Source: Zootoca vivipara (Eukaryota). Taken from it: a stretch of 64,000 nucleotides of DNA. The notes beneath the pieces are model-generated. The model was not told where the DNA came from, did no database searches, and saw only the letters and a program-made list of their open reading frames with translations. Position numbers and translations under genes: made by a program. Each line of letters opens with the position of its first letter. The first letter of the stretch is position 1. The stretch spans positions 16,492,001 through 16,556,000 of the forward strand of contig NC_083284.1 in the NCBI RefSeq assembly GCF_963506605.1, in the 5' to 3' direction. This document shows positions 25,119 through 36,554 of this stretch, one piece after another.

Positions 25119-26347
25119 AATGCATCTATGTGGGGTTGCTTGTAAGTTGCTTTGAAAGAGCACACCTATATGTTTCAGCCCAGTGACACAAATAGCAGCT
25201 GCAGTGAGATGATTTTATGTTACACTGTCATGTTAAACATAATCCGATCCTGCATTTAAAAATGAAACAGTGGGATGTCCACAGTTATGAACCCCTCCCC
25301 CAATTCCCCTTTTTCGATCAGTGGGGATTTTTAAAAGTAAATTTGTTTAGGATTTGGATGTTATTCAGTTAAATAACTGGCAGCAACAATAGCAATAAAT
25401 TTTACTTTTGAAAGGAAAAGTTTTATTGGACATCCTGGGAGATATCTTATAAGCCAAATATCCCCTAGGCCGCTGTCTGTTGGTATACAGCCAAATGAAA
25501 GTGTTGGCGTAATGACCCAAGGATGTCAATTAGGAATTAATTAAGGAGTTGCTAAATTATTTTTTGAGTCTGATTAACAAGGCTGGGTGGAGAATGCTGC
25601 AGTGATTTAGGGGTTCCTTCTGCATCTATAAATTAAACCTGGCAGTATTTGTTAATGTTTCTAGTGAGGAAGAGCGCAACTGAACTGCAACGGAACCCCA
25701 GTGGCTTTGACTATGAAATGTGTCTTCAGAAGAAAACATTCCAGTACTTAATAGATTGCTTAAAATTATGTTGTTGAATAAACAGCAGAATGGGATATGT
25801 GGAGAGAGAGTAGAGTTATGAACAGTTGAACAAGATTTCATTAAACTAGTGTGAAAAAAGACAAATTTGGAATGCATTTAATAGGTTATGGGGCAGGACC
25901 ATATAGACAGAAGAAGGCTTTTGTAAGCCCCATTATCCCTTGGCCTAAACAACCCTCTCCCATGTGCAGCTTGGGGAATAATATGAATAGGGTTGGCTGG
26001 CAGTGTATATTATGGACTTTAAATGCTATAAAGTGGTAGGGACCATTAAGACTCACCTTGTTATGCAGGACTTTGGGAAGGTTTGCTGTATGGAGCTGCT
26101 CAGATAATTTTATTGCCTGCTTTTACATCTTCCTGAGGTTCTGTTTTATTATTAAAATCACACAGTGCTTTTTAAAAAATGATTTTTATGTAATATATTT
26201 CTGTTCTGGGACCATATGCTGGAAGGCAGACTGTAAACAAGGTAATGCCTGAATGAATTGATCTCATTTATGTCAAGCATTTCTTCTTGTCATGTCAAGC
26301 CAAAATAGCCACCCTTGGGCTAGAGGGTATCCTGTGGCCATCTAGAC

Positions 26348-26586
26348 CAGGGTAGGCAACCTAAGGCCCGTGGGCCGGATGCAGCCCAATCGCCTTCTCA
26401 ATCCGGCCCACAGACGGTCTGGGAATCAGCGTATTTTTACATGAGTAGAATGTGTCCTTTTATTCAAGATGCATCTCTGGGTTATTTGTGGGGCCTGCCT
26501 GGTGCTTTTACATGAGTAGAATGTGTGCTTTTATTTAAAATGCATCTTTGGGTTATTTGTGGGGCATAGGAATTCGTTCAACCCCC

Positions 26587-26650
<64 letters not shown>

Positions 26651-26707
26651 CGGCCCACCACATGGTCTGAGGGACAGCCCACGGCTGAAAAAGGTTGCTG
26701 ACCCATG
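26348..26707. mobile_element. hAT (Charlie/Buster-like) non-autonomous element with internal duplication and (TA)n
   Basis: Termini cagggtaggcaacct...aggttgctgacccatg; perfect 8-bp TSD atctagac; inserted in an older palindromic MITE that continues to about 26795. Confidence 0.88.
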
Positions 26708-27124
26708 ATCTAGACGTTGGACTACGGATCCCATCAGCCCCAACCAGTATGGCCAATGGTCAAGAATGGTAGGAGTTGGAGCTCAGCAACACCTCTGCTC
26801 TGTATCCTAGCATATCTTGACCGTGACCTATGCAACACAAGCAAGAAAATTTAATTAGGGCCACTCAGATTTAACCCATTTTTTAGTAATCAAGGTTGTA
26901 CTGCCTCTGAATCTGGAAGATCTATTCTAGCAATAAAAGCTAATTGCTATTGACAATATTTGGCATAGGAGTAGATGCGATTGTAACTTCTTTTCACAGT
27001 TTAAAAACAGTGATATTCCAGATGGAGACAGTTACTTGGCTGATGATGAGTCTAGTTGCATTCCAATACTAGATACATGAGCCTCAGTCTATGACATCAC
27101 TTTCCCAGTCATTTTTTGAATTAT

Positions 27125-27222
27125 AGGGTTGCCATATTTCAAAATGTAAAAACCAGGACACCCCCAGATCCAGGACAAAGCGGACATTTTCCTTTTGGAT
27201 ATTCCAGATGTTTGGCAGCCCT
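27125..27222. mobile_element. Short MITE
   Basis: Inverted termini agggttgcca...tggcagccct. Confidence 0.65.
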
Positions 27223-28901
27223 AGGATACAAGGTCCAGCAAAATTGACCAAAGTAATAATTTCATGCATAATTCATCTGGATTCTCTTCTAAGATAGCAT
27301 CATTCGTAGTGCAGCCATTAACATTGCAGTGAATGGTGATATACGGTAATAATTCCACTATTCACACAGAAGTACTTTAAGCAAGCTATAAGGATAGAAG
27401 GAGTAAAGACATATCACAGGTCAGAAAGCAATACAGCAGAAGGAAATAATCTGCCCTGGTTATTGTGGTGCAATTAGATATGAAATATGCATCTCAATAT
27501 AAAAGTTTCATGGGCTTTTCCAATTATAATTTGACTTCATGATGCAGTATCTTGATTAACACCAGTATTATCACCTGTCAATTATGAAAAAGCAATGCAG
27601 TAATTAAGTCAAGCAAATGCTCTTGCATCCTTCTGGAGGTATAGTATGCCTGGGTATTTTAAGGAGTTCAGCAAAAGCAAAGACCCATTGAGATGAAAAA
27701 ATATAATCTTCACAGGTGCCCTGGGGCAGAGAAGAGAGACACTATAATGAGCATCTCCCTCATTACGACAAATTAAGATACAACCACATTTGCTTAAAAC
27801 AATTGCAAAGAGTTTTCAATTTTTTGGACAATAAACTTTTAAGAGCGTACCAGGTGCTAATACTCTTTGTATCTTTCCCAGCTTGGGGATTTATAAAGAG
27901 CTAAGACAGACTTTCTCATCTAAATGGAAATGCCCAGAAGCTGATTTGGTACTAAAAAGTCGGGTATCGGTTCTCAATAGTATGTATAACTAGAGAAGTT
28001 AAAATATGAACTTCATAGTTGCTAGAATTAATTTGCTTTTTACTTTCCAACACAGTCATTCTTAATTTATGGCAAAACATTCTGTTATCCCTTTTCTGCT
28101 TCATACTCTTCCATTCGTTTGGGAATATCCAAAACTCTGCCGTGCTCGGGGAAACATTTTGTTATAATGGATTAATAATAATGTTATTTCATCCTGAAGA
28201 CACCTTGCAATATATATTACATATTCTGAAGAAGGGTTTTTAAAAGTTCTAGTAAGAAAGTCCTGGGGTAAGAAGCCATGGTCTGTCTGGATACAAAGCA
28301 GCTTTGTGTGCTCATATGTTCAGCATTAAAATAAATAAATTATTATTTTTCTATGAATAGGCTTTCCCAGATGTCATTGGGCTACAGTTACTATCATGTC
28401 TGGCCATTGGTCCAACAATATCTTCTGATCATAGGTTCGAGAAGTCTGCTCAAAATGCACAAGCTCATGAGTGATAATTAGGAAGCACTTTTTACACAAC
28501 TCACTACATTACAAAAAGGTGTATTGCTTACCTGCTGGATTTTTTTTTGGGGGGGGAGAGACAAATTCATAGATGATAGATCTTTTTTGGAGCAATCTTA
28601 TCCATGTATTCACAGAAGTGAGTTGTAAGTGTGTAGGAGTGCAACCTTAATTAATTTTAGCTGTAATCACTAGACACCAGCAACAGGTAAAGGAGATGGC
28701 TATCCCTGTCACAAGCCACTTGTGAGCTTCCCAAGGGCATTCATCATCGTCAACCCTTATAAGACTTAAAGAGGAATGGGATAAAAGCTAATAGTTAAAA
28801 GTGATTATAACTCACATAAAATTAAAACAGATAGAAACAAAAGACAAGCCGTTAAAAGCGACTATAAGGGAGGGGCATTTGATTGGCTACCTGCTTTAAG
28901 G

Positions 28902-29294
28902 CAGGTGTGGGGAACTTTTGGTCCTCCAGATTTTGCTGAACTACAACTCCCATCAGTCCTAGCAAGAATGGGCAATGGCCAGGGAAGATGGGAGTTGTAG
29001 TGCAGCAACATCTGATGGGCCAAAGCCTTCTGAGAGGTAGTGTGGTGTAGTGGTTAAGAGCGGTAGACTCGTAATCTGGGGGACGGGGTTCGTGTCACCG
29101 CTCCTCCACATGCAGCTGCTGGGTGACCTTGGGCTAGTCACACTTCTTTGAAGTCTCTCAGCCCCACTCACCTCATAGAGGTTTGTTGTGGGGCAGGAAG
29201 GGAAAGGAGAATGTTAGCCGCTTTGAGACTCCTTAGGGTAGTGATAAAGCGGGATATCATATCCAAACTCCTCCTCCTCTTCTTCAACACACCT
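28902..29294. mobile_element. Palindromic hAT MITE interrupted by a SINE
   Basis: Left end caggtgtggggaac; right end split as caaagccttct[SINE]aacacacct. Confidence 0.7.
29032..29285 (+). mobile_element. Ther1/MIR-derived SINE (Squam3-type)
   Basis: A box gtggtgtagtggttaag, B box gggttcg, CORE-like gctgggtgaccttgggctagtcac, (CTC/CTT)n tail; near-identical to 62486-62736. Confidence 0.88.
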
Positions 29295-30181
29295 ATTTAA
29301 AAGGCTTATGTTACTTTATGAATGTATGCATTTTTATCTATGTGTATGTGCCTGTTGTAAACCACCCATGACATTTGCAAAGTGCTGTACCACATATAAA
29401 TGAAGTAAACAAATAAATCTGTCTACTGGTCTTAGATTTTAGAGGTTCTGTCTAAAATAATTGGTCTTAATTAGGCTTGATTCATTAACTGTTTTGCTGA
29501 ATTATTTGGATGGCAGTTTCTCATTTGTTACTTATTAACTCATTTAGCTATCAAGATCATTGTGTCTTTGTGCAGTTATTCCTACAATCACAAAGTGTCT
29601 GACTAAAGACTTAGGGTTGCATCCAACAAATTCATATTCACAGTATGAATTAGTCAAATACTATCCTCATAGTCTGATGAAATGTGCAAACATATGGATT
29701 AGTTTTTTTGAAGGAATGAATTTCATTCTCTTGCCTTATAATGACAGGTGTTTTTTTCCTAAAACATTTCTTTTTCAAAAGAAGAAGCCTGATTTAATAG
29801 TCAGTAGAATGCCTGCTGTCTGCACCTTAACTACCCACATGAATGCATGTACTTCTGGCAAATAATAATTTCTACATCGAAAGTCGACTCATTCTCATCC
29901 AGTAAATATTTGAGGGGGAGAAATATAGTCAAGCAACTCGCTTCACATAGACTAGGCAATGGCTCATTAAATATCAACATGGTACAGAGTTTGTTTCAGG
30001 AAAGAGAAAGGGAAATATTCTTGTCTCCATTAAAAAGAACATAATGGAAATCTGTATAAAGACATGTTAAAGCACCGTAACTGAATACTGCCAACACCGT
30101 CAAAGTGAAATAAGCTGGAAAAACATCTCAGTAGTAAAGATTTACACAGATGCCCACACACTTATATAGATATAGATTATA

Positions 30182-30574
30182 TATACACACATGGGAGCTA
30201 GCTAGATGCAGAGTGTCACTGGTGCAGCAAGGGACTCCGGAACTATTTTGGTGTGAAGCAGCCAGCAATCGACCAGAGAAAAGACTCCCCCTGCCTCAGG
30301 AAGTTTATGTGGGTAAAAAGAGGTTTTACATGACATTCATATCGCAGAATGACTCACCTGAGCCTCAAAATGTTGAGTTTCTAATATGTGAATGGAGTTT
30401 CTAGGATGTGAATTTCATGTAAGATCTCTTCCTACCAATATATAACCTGTAGGGGGAGTCTTGGGTGTTGATTGGGTGCCTGGTCAATTGCTGACTGATT
30501 TGCAATAAATTGGTTCCCAATACTCTTGTCATACCACTGACACTCTGCATCTAGCTGGCTCTCTTGTTTGTATA
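30182..30574. mobile_element. Unclassified MITE with ~50-bp imperfect TIRs
   Basis: Left tatacacacatgggagctagctagatgcagagtgtcactggt is the inverted match of right accactgacactctgcatctagctggctctcttgtttgtata. Confidence 0.7.
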
Positions 30575-30584
30575 CTGTATATAT

Positions 30585-30712
30585 CAGGCATGTCCAACAG
30601 GTAGATCGTGATCTACCAGTAGATCACTGGACGTTTGTGGTAGATCACTGGTAGATCATTGGCTCCCCCCAAAGAAGCTGAACTGTGGCTCCCCTAAAAA
30701 AAACGCTCAACA
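30585..30712. mobile_element. hAT element terminal fragment
   Basis: Terminus caggcatgtccaac followed by repeated gtagatc subterminal motifs. Confidence 0.65.
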
Positions 30713-31319
30713 TTTTACTTTCTCTCCTACATAGCACATAACACCAAGTACCTGAGATGAATAAGACAACACCTCCACTATTGCTAGCCCATCACCTAGC
30801 TTTTCTCGACTTGAGTAACTTGATGTTAAGAGCAGCACATTTTCAAGTTTGTCTTCATGTGTGTGCTGCTTCAAGCCCATTGATCCTACTTGGAATTGAA
30901 TTCCATTCAGTTTTTCTGGTAAGATTCTAGAAGTCATTGGCCCTTCTCCGTGTTCTAAGTCTCTCACCACCCACTTCTACAGCTGTGGATGTGGCCAATA
31001 ATGCCTGCTGTTTCCCATGTGATCGTGATTCTTTATTCTCCGTTGGGAACCTCAACCTCGTAAGTAGCCGTTTCGTCATAAGTACTGGCTGCACTTTTAG
31101 ACTCCATATTGATGATGTAGTTCTGTGCATACAAACTGAACTGGCAGAGAAAGACCTGTATTAGGGAAACAACATCTGCTTTGATGGTGGAAATCTGTGA
31201 GTACTTGGACTGGAGGTATTCACAATCTAGGATTTGGTCTGCTGACACCAGCTAATGACAGCCAGTCATTACCTGCACACTTGCTACCTCAGTCATCATA
31301 ATTGTACAAGTGTGTAGTT

Positions 31320-31453
31320 CAGGCATAGGCAAACTCGGCCCTCCAGCTGTTTTGGGACTACAACTCCCACCATCCCTAGCTAACAGGACCAGTGGTCAGG
31401 GATGATGAGAATTGTAGTCTCAAAACATCTGAGAGCGAGTTTGCCTACGTCTG
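31320..31453. mobile_element. Palindromic hAT MITE
   Basis: caggcataggcaaact...agtttgcctacgtctg; perfect 8-bp TSD gtgtagtt. Confidence 0.88.
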
Positions 31454-32051
31454 GTGTAGTTACTAACTGGTGAACTGCCCTTTGCTGATAATCAGTTACT
31501 CACATCTGTCTGCTTGCACAGTGCTGCCTCAATAATTGTTTTCTGTTGGTTTCTGGTGTGGACAGGAATTCCATTCCCTTTATGACTTCTCTGTAGCGAA
31601 AGCAAATGGTTTAATGGCTGCTGTTGGAGAAAATTGCCTTTCCCCAATTGCCAAGTCTTATATGTGTCTTAATTGTATGTGTTGTAAATATTGCCCATAG
31701 TTGAAAGCATTAAAAAAAAATCCTGCCTTTTGAAGTTCGTGGGAAATCGCTATAGCAGATGAAAAGTCTCTGTGCAGTTATGAAATAGATGAAATGTAAG
31801 TGGGAGGCTCATATCTACATTGAGGAAATGTTGTGAGCAAGTAAGCATAAATGATGAAGCAAAAGCTGCTCTTTTTGTACAGTAGATTTATCCTCTGGTA
31901 GTGATGGTGAAACTGTCTCGCTTTGAATGGCTGTTGGACATAATCTGTGAATGTTCAAAAAAAAGTTGTTGTTGTTGTTTTAAATTGGCTCTCTTGTACT
32001 TTTGGAAGGACAATGTATTTTATCATGTTGTTGGAAACAGATACCTCCCAG

Positions 32052-32447
32052 CCCTAATGAGGAACAATTGAGGGAGTTAGGCATGTTTAGCCTGGAGAAG
32101 TGGAGACTGAGAGGAGATATGATAGCCATTTTCCAATAGCTAAAGGGCTGTCACATGGAAGATGGTGCAAGCTTCTTTTCTCTGGCTCTGGAGGGCAGGA
32201 CCGAAACCAATGGATTCAAGTTACAAGAAAGGAGATTCTGACTAAACATCAGGAAGAACTTTCTGACAATAAGCTGTTTGGCAGTGGAACAGACTCTCTC
32301 AAAAGGTGGTGGACTCTCATTGGCAGTTTTAATACAGAGTTTGGATGGTCATCTTTTAGATATGCCTGAGTTGAGATTCCTGCATTGCAGGGGCTTGGAC
32401 TAGATGACCTGGGGAGTCTCTTCCAACTCTACAGTTCTCTGATTCTT
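32052..32447 (+). mobile_element. CR1 LINE 3' fragment
   Basis: Degenerate EEQLRELGMFSLEKWRLRGDMIAIFQ*LKGCH; 3' UTR gattcctgcattgcaggggcttggactagatgacc...ttccaactctacagttctctgattct. Confidence 0.9.
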
Positions 32448-34487
32448 TAATCCACTCCACCAATCACTCATCATAATACCTGGGAGCTGCTGTAGATGGT
32501 GTTCCAATGCAATCAAGGCTTATTCACTGCAGTTAGATTTTGATGGGTGGGGTGAGGGGCAGAGATCACATGCAGGGTCTGAGAGACGAATAGACCACAG
32601 CATTCAAGAGAGCACATTTCTTTCATATTTTGAATTATCTGCAAACGTCTGTTCATAATCCTGAAGTCCCAAAGTGATGGTTCAACAGCATTCTATGCAC
32701 ATCTGGTTTTCTAAATACAGGTACACGAAATCTATAGACATTTGGCTTCTTAAATGATGGGATACTTGCATTAATGCTGGAAGATGCCAAAACACTGCCT
32801 GGTATATGTTAGTACAATTGTCTATGTGGTGGTTCCAAGCTCAGGCTGGTTGTTATCAGGTTGCTGTTCCTGTTGCCTGCCATGCTAGCTCCTATGGCAG
32901 TGCACTGTAAGTCTTACATGCATGAACTAGTGCTTGTCAGATAAAGAGCTAAATGTTAAAAGGCCAAGAGTCCTCCTCTCTGTCCAGAGGAAAATGGCTC
33001 TATTATCAAACCCTAGTAGTGACCTTATCATGATTTTCTCATAAATATTTATTGGTGTCCTAGTGGTATTGTGAAAGGATTATCTCCTGTCACATTTTTA
33101 ATGCTGTCTGCTGGTGAACACCTTTTAATTGCAGATATTAATTTGCATTCAAATGGGAGGCATCTGGTTCAGCTTTGAAGTAAAAGACAATTTACAAGCT
33201 TTCCAAATGGATAATCTGGCACGATTTCATGAAACTTTATTTATTATTTCAGATAGGTGGAGGCAAGATGAATACAATTGTCATATTATATCCTCCTTGA
33301 TTTCTAATTAACTAAGTTATGTTTTCATTTTATTATTATTATTATTAGGGTTGCACTGAATGTTCTCCTTGAGCCTGAACTTGAGTTTTGGAGGGAATTT
33401 AATCCTTCTGTTGGCAAGTGCTTGTGGTCAAATGGTTTTTCATTCTGCTGCTGATTTTCAGCCAATTTTTTCCTGCTTGATTTCTCTGTTGACTGGGATT
33501 GCTGGTTAGGAATCATGTACTGAATGTGATGGTGTTACTGCGCAACTTGGCCAATCAAATCCGACTGTGTTCTGATGACAGTATGGGCAAATGAAACCCA
33601 CGAAGACTGAGGGCAGCTGCTTTTGATGGCCCCATCAGGGATCACACACCTTCACAGCCCGGTACTGATCACATGGGTGAATTTTCTGCACAAAATAGGC
33701 CCTCCTTTGGACTCAGTCCCATAATCTCCAACATGATGCAGTGGGAAACCAGGACACCCATCTTTTGGAGCACACTCCTGTGCAAGAGTATGCCCCCCCA
33801 ACCCCCCCCCAAGATGTTCCAATTTAATTTACGTAGTTGAGGGGTATGCAGTCCTGACCCATTACACTGCGAAATTAAAATGTATTCATTCTCTGTTCTT
33901 TATAAGCTTCATGGCTTGTAATCCTGAGTAATTGATTCATTTGATGTAGCTGCAAAGTTTGACATGCATGTAATTGTACATGCATGTATAATTGCAATTT
34001 TTTTGGGGGGGAGGGGATAACTCACGGTATCAGTTCATGAGATTTCCCTTCTCACACTTCAGGCTAAGTGCATCTAAATTATCGCAACTTACCATATGCA
34101 TCATTCCACCCCTCTGCGTAACAGCCACAGATAACATTTGTAAGTAGAAATAGGCAGCAACTATCAAATATACAAATACGTGCTTTGCCAAGGAGCATGC
34201 AGATGCTTATGGTAATTTAGTTGCTTAATATGCATTGCAGGGATTTCAAAGGAAATATAGCCAGTGATGAATTTTGCAACTTTAACTAAGGGTAGCAGGA
34301 GACAAAGTTATCTGGAAAAAATCAAACCACTTTGCAAAGGATGAGTTTACCAGTATCAAATTATACCTCACAGATCACCTATACTGAGGCCTCATCAGAT
34401 GGTTCATATACGTACCCATCATGTATATTCTAAATCTATCATACTAATTTTCCAAACCAATGACCAAATGCAGACATTACATTAAAT

Positions 34488-34623
34488 CAGACATAGGGAA
34501 ACTCAGCCCTCCAGGTGTTTTGGGACTACAACTCCCATCATTCCTAGCTAACAGGACCAGTGGTCAGGAATGATGAGAATTGTAGTCCCAAAACATTTGG
34601 AGGGCCGAGTTTTCCTACCCCTG
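34488..34623. mobile_element. Palindromic hAT MITE
   Basis: Same family as 921-1056; TSD cattaaat/cactaaat. Confidence 0.85.
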
Positions 34624-34799
34624 CACTAAATCATGGTTTATTGTTACAGGAACAAGTCTGCCGAAGCCTCAACCTCACATGCTTTCCCTTCCCCTCTGTG
34701 CACTTGATAAGGAGTCAGAGAGCTTCCTTACTAATCAAAGTTCCCTGTGACATCCAAACTTAGATAATTGAGGTTTGTTCTAACTATGATTACTTCAGT

Positions 34800-34935
34800 T
34801 CCCAGAATCTCCAGATAGGGCTGGGAAAAACCCTTCCTGAAACTCTGGAGAGCCACTGCCACAGCATAGACAATATCCAGCTAGGTAGATTAATGGGATA
34901 ACTCACTATCAGGCAGTTTGCAGTGCTTCTGTTCT
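34800..34935 (+). mobile_element. tRNA-derived SINE body and tail (family of 14462-14637)
   Basis: atctccagatagggctgggaaaaacccttcctgaaactctggagagccactgcc...agacaatatccagctaggtaga. Confidence 0.6.
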
Positions 34936-35197
34936 ATGCTGTTTTAGTATATCTCTGTTGACTGTGGTTTTTGTCATGAAAATAATTGTGGCTTTATTTT
35001 TGTTTGCAACATGCTTTTGGAAATGTTGATTAAGGAGCATGAAAAACATTTTGAAAATGCATCAGTCAGTATAAATGGATGACTTTGATGCATGCTGCGG
35101 TTTGAAAAACGAGACCTCTGAAGATATGTGAAGGGTTTCAGCTCAACTTCAGGAACAGTTGTTGAGCAAGCTGTAGATAGCAAGTTTGATCCAGTGT

Positions 35198-35200
<3 letters not shown>

Positions 35201-35258
<58 letters not shown>
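35201..35258. repeat. (TA)n microsatellite
   Basis: Direct inspection. Confidence 0.95.
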
Positions 35259-35260
<2 letters not shown>

Positions 35261-36208
35261 GTGTGTGTGTGTTTATTTATTTTTAACATATGCTACATTA
35301 TTGTGTCAGGGATTGTATTAAAAAATGTGAAATGCACAAAACATATGCCTAATTGGGCATATATATTTTTAGATCAGACCACACTTTCATAACAATGGCT
35401 GTCAGGAAGCATGAAAAAGTATTACTCTGTTGCTTAATTAAGCCTTGAGCTTTAGTAGTCAAACAATTAATTAATGATTAAAAATTAACTGTGTGTTCTT
35501 TCTATTGATTTATGTGGATAATTAATATAGCAGCATTATAAGGTGTACACTGTCCTTTGCATAACTGTTGTAACAGATGAATGTTTTGCATGAAATTAGT
35601 TAAAATCGGCATTAATATTTCTGGTACAGAATCATGGAAATGACAGCATGTAAGTACAAGGTGCCATATGCTTCATTTTATGTCTCTGTGTGCATCAAAT
35701 ATGCCTTAATATTGTGTGTTGAAGAATTTGAAAGAGGAAACTGCTTTCATTTCTTTAAAGACCTGTCATACTTTTTCATGAGGATAAATTATTCGGGTTT
35801 GAAATGCTACTTAAAATTCCCCAGATGATGAGAATATTTCTAAGAGGCTAGGGTCAGGTGTTTGCTGCATCACACCAGTTAATATCATCCAGAGGTTACA
35901 ATTCTGTGGAGCTGAAGACTATGTAAGTTGATGGTAGATAATACTGTTTAAAAATAGATGTAGAAAGCTGAGGAGAAGTTATTGCAAAGGGGGGGGGGCA
36001 AATCAATAGACAGGAAGGTTGGTTTGAAAATCTCTTCTATTTTAAACTTTAGTGACTTCCCAGATTCGAACTAATACACCACAAAGTATCCAATAACAGC
36101 AAAAATTGTCACAATGGTATTGCTCAGCACCTGAAATGTAATTGCACTGCAATGTTCAGCTATGTGGGCATAGAAAAACACACCACACGGACACAGCTCT
36201 GCTTAGGG

Positions 36209-36554
36209 CAGAGCTTCCTCAACTTTTCATGTTGGTGACACTTTTTAGACATGCATCATTTTGCGACACACTAACTCAGTTTTACTAGGAAGCCGGAGGT
36301 TAAACTAACCCAGGCTTCCTCAAACTCGGCCCTCCAGATGTTTTTGGCCTATAACTCCCATGATCCCTAGTTAGCAGGACCAGTGGTCAGGGATGATGGG
36401 AATTGTGGTCTCAAAACATCTGGAGGGCCGAGTTATAGGAAGCCTGATAAACTTTTTCTAGCTCCGGAAAGCGCACAGGGAGCGTTCGTGCAACACACCT
36501 ACACACTGCAGCCAACATACTAATGTGTCACGACACACAGTTTGGAAAGTTCTG
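36209..36554. mobile_element. hAT non-autonomous element containing a nested palindromic MITE (36311-36446)
   Basis: Termini cagagcttcctcaac...gtttggaaagttctg; perfect 8-bp TSD gcttaggg; inner element caggcttcct...aggaagcctg. Confidence 0.85.

Noticed and set aside
26523-26756. ORFs with IYIYIY runs (also the CVCV and poly-Y ORFs elsewhere)
   Set aside because: Translations of microsatellites.
33560-33605. CTGATGA...GAAA hammerhead-like spacing
   Set aside because: No pairing stem II or stem I could be formed.
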